From Octopus bimaculoides (taxonomy: Eukaryota): a DNA stretch of 64,000 bases. The DNA lies in the NCBI RefSeq assembly GCF_001194135.2, contig NC_068984.1, positions 120,033,879 through 120,097,878 on the forward strand, given 5' to 3'. A model generated the notes under the pieces. The model was not told the origin of the DNA. It searched no databases and saw only the letters and a list, made by a program, of their open reading frames with translations. A program made the position numbers and the translations under genes. How positions within the stretch are numbered: the stretch's first letter is position 1; each line of letters opens with the position of its first letter. This document shows positions 1-12,243 of this stretch, piece after piece.

Positions 1-626
1 CATCAGCCATGCACAAATGGTGCTTTTTACATGCCACCGGCATGGGTGCCAGTCAGACAGCACTGGCATATATTTACATATATATCAATGACAGACTACA
101 ACACAGTTTCTGTCTACTAAATTCACCCACAAAAGATTGGTGGGTCTGGGGCTATAGTAGAAGACACTTGCCCATAGTATTGTGCAGGGAGATTGAACTG
201 GAAACCATGTGGGTGCGAAGCAAGCTTCTTAACCACACTATCATGACTCTACCTGTGGTAACTACATAGCTTTGTGACTGGGCTGTAGAATGGTAATAAA
301 CTCCCAGAAAGCCATAGCATATGTAACTGCAACATAAACGCACATACACACACACATACATAGTTGTATGTTTGTCTTTGTGTCTGTGTTTGCTTCCCCA
401 ACTCCACCACTAGACAACTAGTGTTGGTTTGTTTACATCTGCTAAAGCTTAGTGGTTTGGTAAAAAAAAAGAAATCAATGGAATAAGAACCATACTTAAA
501 AAAATAAGTACTGGCAATCTGTTCTACTAAAACCCTTCAAGGCAGTGTCCCTGCATGACCAATGACTGAAACTTGAAAATATAAAAGATAAACAGTATAT
601 ATAAATGGCTCAAATATAGAAAAGTG

Positions 627-1050
<424 letters not shown>

Positions 1051-1060
1051 GTATGTGCAT

Positions 1061-1465
1061 AGGCACAGGCATGGCTGTGTAGTAAGGGGTTTGCTTCCCA
1101 ACCACATCTTTCCAAGTTCAGTCCCACTGCATGGAACCTTGGGCAAGTGTCTTCTACTATAACCTCAGGCTGACCAAAGCTTTGTGAGAAGAGTTGGTAG
1201 ACGGAAACTGAAAGAAGTCCATCGAATATGTGTGTGCATGAATGTACGTGTGTGTATGTACTTGTCTTTGTGTTTGTCTCCCATCACCACAGGTGCTGGT
1301 TCTTTACATCCCAGTAACTTAGTGGTTTGGCAAAAGAGACTGACAGAATATGTACCAGGCTTTAAAAAGTAAGTACTTGGGTTGATTCGTTCAAATAAAA
1401 TTCTTCAAGGCAGTGCCCCAGCATGGCCGCAGTCTAATGACTGAAATAAGTAAAAGATGAAAGAT
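1061..1465 (+). mobile_element. tRNA-derived SINE, family B (ggcacaggcatggctgtg head)
   Basis: tRNA-like head with B-box-like gttcagtccc, core ggcaagtgtcttctactat, internal microsatellite, tail gccccagcatggccgcagtc...ctgaaa. Homologous copies or fragments near 90-255(-), 365-590(+), 1860-1995(-), 4590-4740(+), 10250-10470(-), 23450-23680(-), 24478-24640(-), 25370-25765(+), 27120-27250(-), 28270-28560(+), 33640-33785(-), 39215-39370(-), 48388-48778(-). Confidence 0.8.
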
Positions 1466-1544
1466 ATATATATATATATCAGTATTTATCTATCTAGCTG
1501 CCTGACTGCTTGTCTGTCTGTCTGTCTATCTATCTTATTTCTTT

Positions 1545-1752
1545 ACTGCACACAGAGGGGACAAACAAGGACAGACAAACGGATTAAGTAGATTATATCA
1601 ACTTCAGTGCGTAACTGGTACTTATTTAATCGACCCTGAAAGAATGAAAGCCAAAGTCGACCTCGGCGGAATTTGAACTCAGAATGTAGCGGCAGACGAA
1701 ATACCACTAAGCATTTTGCCAGGCGTGCTAACGTTTCTGCCAGTTCACTACC
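1545..1752 (-). mobile_element. tRNA-derived SINE, family A
   Basis: Reverse complement closely matches the copy at 4779-5008 (gagttcaaattccgccgaggtcgactttg...). Confidence 0.8.
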
Positions 1753-1754
1753 TG

Positions 1755-1797
<43 letters not shown>

Positions 1798-1798
1798 G

Positions 1799-1841
<43 letters not shown>

Positions 1842-2879
1842 GCCTGCCTGCCTGCCTGCTTCATTCTATTTGTGTCTATCAAATCCAATTCACTCAAAGC
1901 TTTGTGGGTCTATGACAGAAGACACTTACCCAATGTGCCATTCTGTGGAACTGAACCCTAGACCATGTGATTGGGAAGTGAACTTCTAAATCGCACATGT
2001 TTGTGGTGCAGTTTCAATGACTGAGCCATTTCAATTAAGTCACCGTTTGTACCTAGTTTAAGTAGCTGACACCTCTCATTTGCAATTCCTTTTACACACT
2101 TTGGACTGTGTCATAAGCAAAGCTAAAGACCCAGTCTGCTTTTTGTTTTTACGGAGCCATTGTTTTGATTTTAAATTCCTCATATAAGATAAATGATAAT
2201 TGAGAAAACTACAAGACAAGTTAGAAATAGAGAAATATAAACAAAAACATCAAACTTTTTTACTTTTATATTACTTCAAATTTTTGTTTTTGCTTTCACT
2301 TCTGTATATTTCTACCTTGCATTGTCATGGCTTCACCAATTCCTTTTAATTCTCTTCCACAAAGCTGCAAATAAATTACATCACATTAACACATATAAGG
2401 TTTCCTTGAAGTTGATAATTTGTTTGATATTCCAAGCCATAGCTAGGTTGTCTGTGTTTAAAATGATGTAGTCATAAGAATTTTGAAATTAAAACATGTG
2501 GTTCCAACTCTTAAACAGAATTTTAGAAGTTATACTGATTCAATGGTTCTCAAGTGTATTTTTAAGCTCAGTGTCACCTTTTCACTGGATGACATTTTAC
2601 AAATATCCCATTCCCATGTTTTATCAGTTATTTTATATTTTTTTAATCATTGGATTGTGGCCATGCTTTGGTTGGTCTGGAGATAGAGTAGAAATCATGC
2701 AGTGGGACTGAACCTGAAACTATGATTTGCAAGACAAAGGTTGATTATTCTAATAAAATAGAAGATAATTTTGTCAAGTGTTATAATATCTTTGTATTCT
2801 TTATGTTAGCCAATCCAGCATATGCTTGTTTTCAGATATTGGCATAGACTAACACCTCCATATGAAATTTTTAATAAAA

Positions 2880-3330
2880 TTATTAATGAAGGTGAGGGCT
2901 TATATAATGGTTTCAAACTTTGGCACAAGGCCAGCAATTTTAGGAGAGGGGTCAGGTGATTACATTGACTCCAGTGCCTGACTGGTGCTAATTTTATTAA
3001 CTCTAAAAGCATGAAAGTTAAAGCTGACCTTAGAAGAATTTGAACTCAGAATGCAATGCCAGAAGAAATTCTGCCAAGCCTTTTTTCTGTCCAGCATGCT
3101 AACAATTCTGCCAGCTCACCACCCTTTTATAATTCTTTCTAATTTTTGGCTCAAGACCAGCAATTTTCAGAGAAGCAAGTCAATTACAACAACCCCCAGT
3201 ACTTGACTGGTACTTATTTTATTGTCCCTGAAAAGATGAAAGACAAAATCAACCTTGAACTGAGAACAATGGACGAAATACTGCTAAGCATTTTGTCAAG
3301 TGTATTAACGATTCGGTCAGCTCACTGCCT
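2880..3330 (-). mobile_element. Two tandem family A SINE copies
   Basis: Two successive degenerate copies, each with an aatt...ccagctcac head and a caag(g/a)ccagcaattt tail region on the + strand. Confidence 0.7.
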
Positions 3331-3480
3331 TGAGGGCTTATGTAAGGAAACTATAATACTGGACCTTGGTGCATCATCAATCATGTTTTAGCTCACAGAT
3401 GACAATGTCTGACTCATATTTTAATAATCTGACTCATATTTTTAGAGATATGTTTAAAAAAGGAGCATTGCACCTGATTT

Positions 3481-3843
3481 TGTGAAGGCGCAATGGCCCA
3501 GTGGTTAGGGCAGTGGACTCGCGGTCATATAATCGTGGTTTCGATTCCCAGACCGGGCGTTGTGAGTGTTTATTGAGCGAAAACACCTGAAGCTCTACGA
3601 GGCTCCGGCAGGGGATGGTGGCGAACCCTGCTGTACTCTTCCACCACAACTTTCTCTCACTCTTTCTTCCTGTTTCTGTTGTACCTGTATTTCAAAGGGC
3701 CAGCCTTGTCACACTGTGTCACGCTGAATATCCCCCAGAACTACATTAAGGGTACATGTGTCTGTGGAGTGCTCAGCCACTTGCACGTTAATTTCATGAG
3801 CAGGCTGTTCCGTTGATCGGATCGACTGGAACCCGCGATGGAG
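3481..3843 (+). mobile_element. tRNA-derived SINE, family C, with target-site duplication
   Basis: Head ggcgcaatggcccagtggttagggc...ggtttcgattccc (A- and B-box-like); near-identical to 37934-38320; flanked by TGCACCTGATTT at 3469-3480 and 3844-3855. Confidence 0.85.
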
Positions 3844-4735
3844 TGCACCTGATTTAAATATATTTTCCAGAAAAATTATGAAGCATTTAAACAATTAGTA
3901 TGCCTGTCCCATAGAGCACCATCTTGTGTGTTTGGAGTACCCTCGAGAACTACTGTTCAAACAAATAGATGTCAGTTTTGGGCCATTAATTAAAGAGTCC
4001 TGCCTTAACATCCTGTGTGCAATGCACTGAACATCAGTTTGAGAGGAAAGAGGTTAAGGGGAAAAGGAAAAGAAACAGAAAAAGTGATTTGAATGAAATG
4101 CAAATTGATTCTTGCTTTAGTAATTTCCTCTCGCACAAGAACAAATTAAACAAAGGACAATATTTATTTCCAGGAATATTTGAATGCTATATTAGCCAGC
4201 CAAACAATTTAAATATAGTAAAAACAGCAGAATCCAAGGAAACTGGTGATGTAATGCAAATAGTTCAAACTGTGAAATAAATATTATGTCACAAAGAAGA
4301 AGAAAAGTCTAACATTTTGAACAGAACCACAGAACCCAATGTTGTGGAGAAAGAGAGAGACGGGGAGGGGCAGGGAGAGAATGGGAGGAACTGTCAACAG
4401 GTTTGGCAGGATGAACAAATTTGGAGACATAACAGTGAAGAACAGGTGAGGTGAGAGGGGAAATAAGTGTGAGGAGAGAGAGAGAGAGAAAAGTAAACAT
4501 AGATCTTTATATATAAGACATCATTTCCTTGTATATAGTAAATTTTTGTTAGAACTGAGGGTGGATTGTTGTTTGAACTAATCATAGAAAAATATTTGAC
4601 TGTGTGGCTAAGAAATTCATTTTGGAGTTGTGTGGTTTTGGGTTCAGTTCCACTGTGTGGCACCTTGGGTAAGGTCCTCTGCTACAGCCTTAGGCTGTGA
4701 GTGTATTTGGTTCACAGAAACTGAAAGAAGCTTGT

Positions 4736-4776
<41 letters not shown>

Positions 4777-4778
4777 AA

Positions 4779-5008
4779 GGGCGGCGAGCTGGCAAAATCA
4801 CTAGCACGCCGGGCGAAATGCTTCGCAGTATTTCGTCTGCCGTTATGTTCTAAGTTCAAATTCCACCGAGGTTGACTTTGCTTTTCATCCTTTCGTGGTC
4901 GATTAAATAAGTACCAGTTACACACTGGGTCGATGTAATCGACTTAATCCCTTTGTCTGTCCTTGTTGGTCCAGTCTATGTTTAGCCCCTGTGGGCAATA
5001 AAGAAATA
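4779..5008 (+). mobile_element. tRNA-derived SINE, family A (CpG-rich, young-looking copy)
   Basis: Head ggcggcgagctggcaaaatcactagc, B-box-like gttcaaattcc; inserted beside (TA)n; many homologous copies in the window. Confidence 0.85.
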
Positions 5009-5303
5009 TATATACATACATACATATACATATATATATGTATGTGTGGGTGTCTATCGCTAGCCACTAATCCTTTTTTGTATTTTCTCTCTGTTTATTT
5101 CTGTATTCTTTTCTGTCGAAGAGCGTAGGCTCGAAATGTAAAAGCCCTCTCACTTCCCAAGCGTTAAACTAATACATCTGTTTGTTGTTTACACACCTGT
5201 CCTTTTCTTTTGTTTTTTATTTTTTGTAAATTCTCATTATATATATATATAGATATAAATATTTGTCCAGCTGATGCCAGCATGTAAGGTGGACATCAAA
5301 TGA

Positions 5304-5347
<44 letters not shown>

Positions 5348-5351
<4 letters not shown>

Positions 5352-6240
5352 CAATTCCATGCAAAAGAAGACAAAGACTGAAAAAATCACAAAACTGTGC
5401 TACCATGATTTATATTTGTGTTTCCATAAGCCAATAGGATTCAAAAAAGTAGAAACAGATTTCCTGCAGGACTACTGTCATGTGACCAGGGCAGCCATTT
5501 TGATTCCAGTCTAGAAGATGACAATTTGACTGCAAGGACAAAAGGTATATATCCAGTTCCATCCTAGTAAAAGATTAATTTTCTATCTTGCAAAAATGTA
5601 TTTTCAAGAAGTACTAGAGTAAAACTACAGTTTGGCAGTGTTATTTTTTGGAATATCATTTTGCTTATTAGCAAAAACAGAATTTACTGTGGCCATTAGA
5701 ATTTGTTGTATCAGTTACATTTTGGCATTATAAGTTTCGTCTAAAAAAACCTGACAAATAATTACTTTAAAACAATGCAACTATTATGACATGTTGTAAA
5801 GGGAGATTTTATTCTTATACACAGTACTTTATATTTTCAGTTACATGTACCTGCTTGTGCACTGTTCATGGAAATTTCAACCACATTATGATCAGTATTG
5901 TAAGGTTCCGACAGTTACCTGCAATGCATGTAAAATGTCTAGATTGAATTATCTAAGACATTATGTATGTGCTACAATAAGCTTCAAGAAACGTTATTTA
6001 GAACTTTGTGTTCAAGTGCAGCACACATTTTGAATACATAGTGTGAGTTTTTACCTTTTGATCAGTAGAATACTAATTGAAATCCGAGTTTCAGTGTTGC
6101 ATCAGTTACACATTTCTAGGTCGAAATGTCGCATCAGTTACGTGTGTACCTGTCGTGTTAGTTACATTTTACCAAGTACCCTACAGCATGTATTAAACAA
6201 TAGTGTTCCATATGAAAGCATGTATAACATTCATACGACT
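5348..6240. repeat. Dispersed ~900-bp repeat, copy 1 (unclassified, possibly a non-autonomous DNA transposon)
   Basis: Colinear with 35190-36120 from the shared start GGGCAATTCCA to catacgactt. Confidence 0.8.
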
Positions 6241-7214
6241 TCAGGTTTCTTTTGATATAAAAATTGTTTGCACATGTAAATTTTCTGCACAGGGTTTTCA
6301 GCATAAATACCACCAAGTCAGGTATCATGTCCTTTTACTGTTGTGTCAGTTAAGCAAGTATTTATTCTGTTAGACAAGCTAGTTGAAACAGAATTACAAT
6401 ACATATGTAACAATATTTAAGGGCCGCAGCAGTTTAAGTATTCACCAGTCATTACATTTCAGTTAGCTTAAATAACATGCCAGAAGGTTTTTAGTATCAA
6501 AAAATTCTTGTAAGTGTTGCGTCAGTTAAATCTAGAATGCAGTGAGGAGTGAATGGGATCTTTAATGAGAAGGAAGACAACTTGGCTCAGTTTTTGATGT
6601 TGTTAAACCTCATTAGCAAAATATAGTCTAGCAGAGACTGCTTACAATATATCTAATTTTGTCTTCCACCATTTCTGTTAACTCATTGCTCTTCAATTCT
6701 TCAAATATTGATTTGTTATATTGACCAAATATCTCAAATACTAAACATCACAGTCTGTGGAATAAGCTGCAATTAAATAATATAGTCTGTCATATCAAAT
6801 GAAAATGCTTATTTATTCCAAAGTCTATAATAAAATTTATATTGGGAAGTTTGCATTTTCTGAATCAGTTTCCTTCATAAAAATTCATAAGAGATAGTTA
6901 AATTACTTTTGACAGAATTGTCAAAACTGAAAATTAATTCAACTCTGAGACATAGCTTAATCATTCATGTACACTGCTAATATCTTTGTCACGTTTTGTT
7001 TTATACTTACAGCAAAAAGAATGGCTTGCTATGTCTGTTTTGAAAGAAAAGAGAATGAAGTATTTATGAAGATTAAGATGGATATTAATAATATGAATTT
7101 TAGACGAAATCTCATATACATGGAAGACACATTTCTGTTTTGTATCTTGGGAGGGTTACAATAATAAACATACACACTGGTATGATTTAATTATTTTTAC
7201 TATTCATACTCAGC

Positions 7215-7670
7215 TGAAGGTGGTGAGCTGGCAGAATTGTTAGCATACAGGGCAAAATGCTCAGTGTAATTTCACTCTTATCATACGCTGAATTCAAATT
7301 CTACCAAGATCAACATTGCCATTCATTCTTTTGAAGATCAATGAAAAAGTACCAGTTAAGTACTGAGGTCAATGTAATTGACTACTTCCTTCCCCAAAAA
7401 TTTCAGGCCTTGTGCCTTTAATAGAAATGATTATTATTCAGCCTGAAAAGCAGTGAGCTGGCAGAATCATTAGCATGCTGGGAAAAATGCTTAGTGGCAT
7501 TTCACCTCACTTCACATTTTGAGTTCAAATTCCGCAAATGTTGACTTTGCCTTTTATCCTTCCAGGGATCGATAAAATAAGTGCCAATCAAAAACTGGGG
7601 TCAATGTAATCAACTACCTGCTTCCCCCTAAATTTCAGGCCTTGTGCCTATATTAGAAAGGGTTATTATT
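7215..7670 (+). mobile_element. Two tandem family A SINE copies
   Basis: gtgagctggcagaat head twice (about 7225 and 7455), each ending aatttcaggccttgtgcc...ttattatt. Confidence 0.8.
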
Positions 7671-8333
7671 ACTAAGCTGTTGCAATCATATTCTGGCTCT
7701 CTGGCACCATTATCTCTATCTCCCTTCTAATTAATCTCAGCCATCCTTGATACATGGTTAGTCATGCATCTCCTCTGCAGCAATTCCCTCTATCATTCTG
7801 TAGCCTTCAATATCAGGCATGCAGCCACCTTTCCCTCACTCTCAAATCATTCCCATTCTGTCAAAAGGGCTTTCTCTTTTTCTTCTTTTACTTTGTCTTA
7901 CATGTTAGTTGGCATCTGCACCAATCCTGGTGGCATGGAAACAAGCACCCAGTGCACAATGTAAAGTAGGTGGTTTCATGAAGGGCATCAGACTGTAGAA
8001 ACCATGCCAAAACTGACATTGGAACCTAATGCAGCTTCTGCAGTTTTTCAGACTCTGCCAGATAGTCCAATACATGCCAACATGGAAAACAGATGTTAAG
8101 TAATAATGAACTGGTTAATCATTTAATTAATTACAAATCAATTTACCATTCAGTCAATCAGTCAACCAGCAAGGTTCATTATATCATTTTGGTAGCATTT
8201 GTGACTTCAATGGCATGCTTTCTTTGCTCCAGGATACCTATATACACACATATGTATATATTAGAGGAAAAGGACAACAAAAACCAAGTCAGGATGAGTA
8301 TCTCAAGTAATTTAGGGTAAGGCAAATTTGAAA

Positions 8334-8407
8334 TCTTACAGTTATTTCGGGGATATCCCAAGTGATAGGCTAGCATGTCCGTACACTGAGTATTTCGTCA
8401 TCAGAGA
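8334..8407 (-). ncRNA. Degenerate minimal type I hammerhead ribozyme motif
   Basis: Minus strand TCT-CTGATGA-(helix II)-GAAA-TAACTG-TA-AGA: intact core, helix I TCT/AGA, short helix III. Confidence 0.5.
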
Positions 8408-9221
8408 CAAGGTAAATATATATGAAAGTTCCAGACAGGGAAATCCGCAGTTTATAAGGAATAAAATAGAAGAATAAAGAGTAAGAATAGATAGAAGCAT
8501 ACAGACAGGAAAATAAAGTTCACTGGTCATCTTTTCCCAGAGGGTTATTTTTGATTTTACTTTCGCTCTCATTCATTCTTTCCTGCACCTATCCCATTCT
8601 TATCTTGTCTCCCTTTTTTCTTTCATTCTCCCTCTTTTCTCTCTTTCTCCTCTCTCTTCTATCCACTCACTCACAACCCACTTCTGTCTATTTTGATGCC
8701 TGTCTATCTCACTCTCTATACCCACATGGACCATTTACACCTAGTCTATTACTTCAACATGAATGCATCACTCAAAGTACTACCAAAATACTGCCTGGAT
8801 TTACCTGGAATTTTACCTAAGGGCGTATACCTTCACAGAAATATAGACCAACCTCCATACCCTCTGGAAAAAGCTGAACTGTGAATTTTATTCTCCTGTC
8901 TGTATTCTTCCATTTACTTTTAGGGTTAAATAGAAATGTTCTTTTTTGTATTTGGTTTGCAAAATTCTTGATGTGAACCTATGTGTTGAATCAGATTTTG
9001 TTGTATCTTGAGAGGGTCATTTGACCAACCATTCACCAAATTAGCTCCAAGTCTGCTCTAGATCCTGGTGCAAAGAAGGCATGTCATTGATGAAGTTACA
9101 AATACTGGTGAAAGGACATAATGAACCTTGTTCATTGACTGATAGACTGAACAATTAATTAAGCAATTGATTAGTTAATTGGTTAAATGATTAACTAGTT
9201 CATTATTGTTTAACATCCTTA

Positions 9222-9257
<36 letters not shown>

Positions 9258-9267
9258 NNNNNNNNNN
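9258..9267. other. Assembly gap (10 N) inside a (TA)n microsatellite
   Basis: N run flanked by TA repeats. Confidence 0.99.
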
Positions 9268-9302
<35 letters not shown>

Positions 9303-10501
9303 TAACACACAAACACACATATAAATATGTCTAAAGATATATTTGTATCTATCCATCTGTCTACATTGGTGTGTTTGTGTACATACATATATGCGTATGT
9401 AATGTATATACATGTATGTATGAAAAAGAAAAATGATACATTTAACATTGAGGTCATCTGCAAACTAGATAGGCAAAATAATAAAAAGGATATATTATTG
9501 ATGTAAAGAAATATTAAATCTGTCTAGCAGCCAGATTGGATTAAATTCATGCTTAAAAATCTCTCTATGCAAAAGTTTACATTGAATTAATCCTTTTGTT
9601 TTTACTGAAGCATGTATTGTTCATGTTTCTAAAACATTACAAAAGCTGTAATGTGGATAGTTATTGGTAAGTGTGTAAATAGATTAGATTTTGGATACTA
9701 GAAGAAATATATGGTAGCACACAGGTGATTTTTCAATTTTTCTCCCCCAACTATCTCTGGTTGTATAATTTGATTCTGGCTGTAGTAATCAAAGAAGACT
9801 GCAAATTAGTAGAAGACTTTGGTAGCGTTTTGTTGCTGTTTTTTTTTTTTTTGCATAGTTTCTTGGCTTCTAATTACATTTCTTTTGTAGATAGTGTGTT
9901 GTTCTCTTGTCAAAGAACTAGTCAAGCAAACATCTAAAATGTTGTTGAATTAGTGAGCTTGCAAAATTATAGGTGAGTGGTTGTTTCGGATGGAATATAT
10001 GGTATATATACTATAGAAAAGAATTTTAATTATTTCTCAAAATACAACAAAACATTTCATCTTTTGTAACTAATTTCATAAGAGCTCAGATGACCAATTC
10101 TGTAAGTTCCCAAATAACTAGCTGCGTGATTGATAGTCTGAATTTTATTGTTGCCACAATGTTATTATCTTTGGTTAAAGCAGTTAATTCTCAACTGTTG
10201 ATTCTGCTTGGTTGAAAGTCTGTACCATAAACTTAATTCATGTATAGATCTTTTACTTGTTTCAGTCATTGGACTGCTGCCATGCTGGGGTACTGTTTTG
10301 AAGAATTTTAGTTGAACAAATCAACCCCAGTACTTATTTTTTTATTTTTTAAAGCCTGATACACTTATTTTATTGGTGTCTTTTCCCAAACTGCTAAGTT
10401 ACAGTGACATAAACACACACGCCAGTTGTTATGTGGTGGTGGGGGACAAACACAGGCACAGAAATGCACATACATACATAATACAAACATACATTTATAT
10501 A

Positions 10502-11233
10502 CTAGCCTGAGATACCCGGCGTTACTCAGGATTGAAATGGCATAGTTTGTATATATGTATATTACAGAGTTATGTTGAAACAGGCAATATGGGAAAGTGC
10601 AGCATTGATGACAAAGCAGTTGTGGGGTAAATTTTAAAGCTTTGCAGAAATGATAATTTAAGTTTAGCACACCGATTTGGACAGAATTATAATTTTTAAA
10701 AGAATGGGATGAATCCATATCTGAAAGCAGCTTCAGGAGCTGTGAAGAACGAATTTGTACATTGTCCCTTTCTGTGAGCTATTCTATTGGACCTCTGTAT
10801 AATGTGGCATGCTAAATGTTGTTTTAATGATTCAGCATTAAGTGCTGCAGCATGCCTTTGCCGATCTTGGGAAAATCTCATCTCCCTTCTCTCTTGAGAC
10901 TCCATCAGACGTGCTGCAGCATGCCTTTGCCGATCTTGGGAAAATCTCATCTCCTTTCCCTCTTGAGACTCCCTCTGATGTGCTGCAGTATGCCTTTGCT
11001 AATTTTGAGAAAGTCTCATCTCCCTTCTTTCATGAGACTCCATCAGCTATGCTGCAGTATGCCTTTGCTGATCTTGAGAAAATCTCATGTCCCTTATCTC
11101 TTGAAACTCTCACTTATGGTTTTCTGCAATCCTCTTTGCTTGATAGGTGTTTCTGGAGAGATGACGATTTTTCTTGGGTGGCATATTTGTTTTACAATAT
11201 TATAAACAAAAAAATTATGAATATAGAAAAAGA
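10502..11233 (-). mobile_element. Internally deleted Helitron with both termini
   Basis: Minus strand begins TC (11233) and ends with hairpin CCTGAG-TAACGCCGGGTAT-CTCAGG then CTAG (10505-10502), between host A and T. Degenerate ORF from ATG 11184 (MPPKKNRHLSRN), four 69-bp repeats, then AAFRY and IG.LN...FCKALKF, resembling the Helitron N-terminal Zn-binding region. Confidence 0.85.
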
Positions 11234-11889
11234 TATACATTAATCTCTCATGTAAGTAGTATGTCTGTATTTTTGTATGCAGTATAAATTAACCAAATAT
11301 AAGCAAACTATAAGTACCTTGTAACTGCTGTGGTAGTTATGAACAGGTAACCAAAGAGAAGCACATGTATGAACTGATAATTTAACAGTCTGTGAACCTT
11401 GTGACATATCCAGCATTGCAGAATTTGTGCTTATGGTACTCTGTGAGCATATTGTTCACTCTGCTCCATTCTTCAATTATCTCATTTTGAAACAAACACA
11501 GTTTATAAATATGCCAAAGCCTCAGTTTCTAACTATGACTGAAATTTTCCAGTTTTGAAACATTGTCATACTAGTTACTTTACATATGTAGCCATTTGTT
11601 ACATCTTCATCAAAGATGTTTCAAAGGGTTTTGTTTTATTTTGTAGTATTGTTAATTGGTAAAGTGACAGAAACTTGACTAATCTATAGTTTGTATCCTG
11701 TCACAATTGTTTTGTTTTATCCACTTTCAAAAGACTTTATCCTTGATTTAGTCCATTTTATTGCTAATAAATATAATCTGTTTGTACAACTCACTATTGC
11801 TAGCAATCAGAGCACTATAGAATTAATGTTTGTTAACTCATAATGCTTAGTTATTCCATAAATATCATTGGTTATTCCATTAATATTAT

Positions 11890-12243
11890 TTATAACCCTG
11901 TGCATGTGAGCGAAGCAGGGTTATTGTAGTCACTCATTTTTGTCTGTGTGCTTGCAAAATTACTGGGAAATGGCTGAATGGATTTTCACGATATTTGGCA
12001 GAAATACTCATTAGGCGAGTGGCTCAAACTCATTAAATTTTGGTTTGATTATTTTCAAACTGGTGGACGGGTGAATCAAAATGTTTTTTTTTTTCTATGT
12101 TACAAATGCATAAACAATAAGCAGGGAAAATAACCCTTGATGTCATTTTGTTGAAACATGAATTCGTCTGAGAATATATTTGTTATATTAAATTTTATTT
12201 TATCCTTGTGTGCGTGCAGGGTATGCATTGTCCCTCTAATGCC
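11890..12243 (+). mobile_element. Helentron-associated non-autonomous element (HINE, DINE-1-like architecture)
   Basis: 5' ATAACCCTG (11892-11900) with inverted copy CAGGGTTAT (11916-11924), short gtctgt tract, 3' CAGGGTAT followed by hairpin GCATT...AATGC and a T run. Confidence 0.6.

Noticed and set aside
3490-3560. tRNA-like sequence
   Set aside because: It is the head of a multi-copy SINE followed by a SINE body, not a standalone tRNA gene
8225-8316. Apparent exon ctccag|GATACC...TTAGG|gtaagg
   Set aside because: Lies in the microsatellite-adjacent end of the hammerhead-bearing repeat
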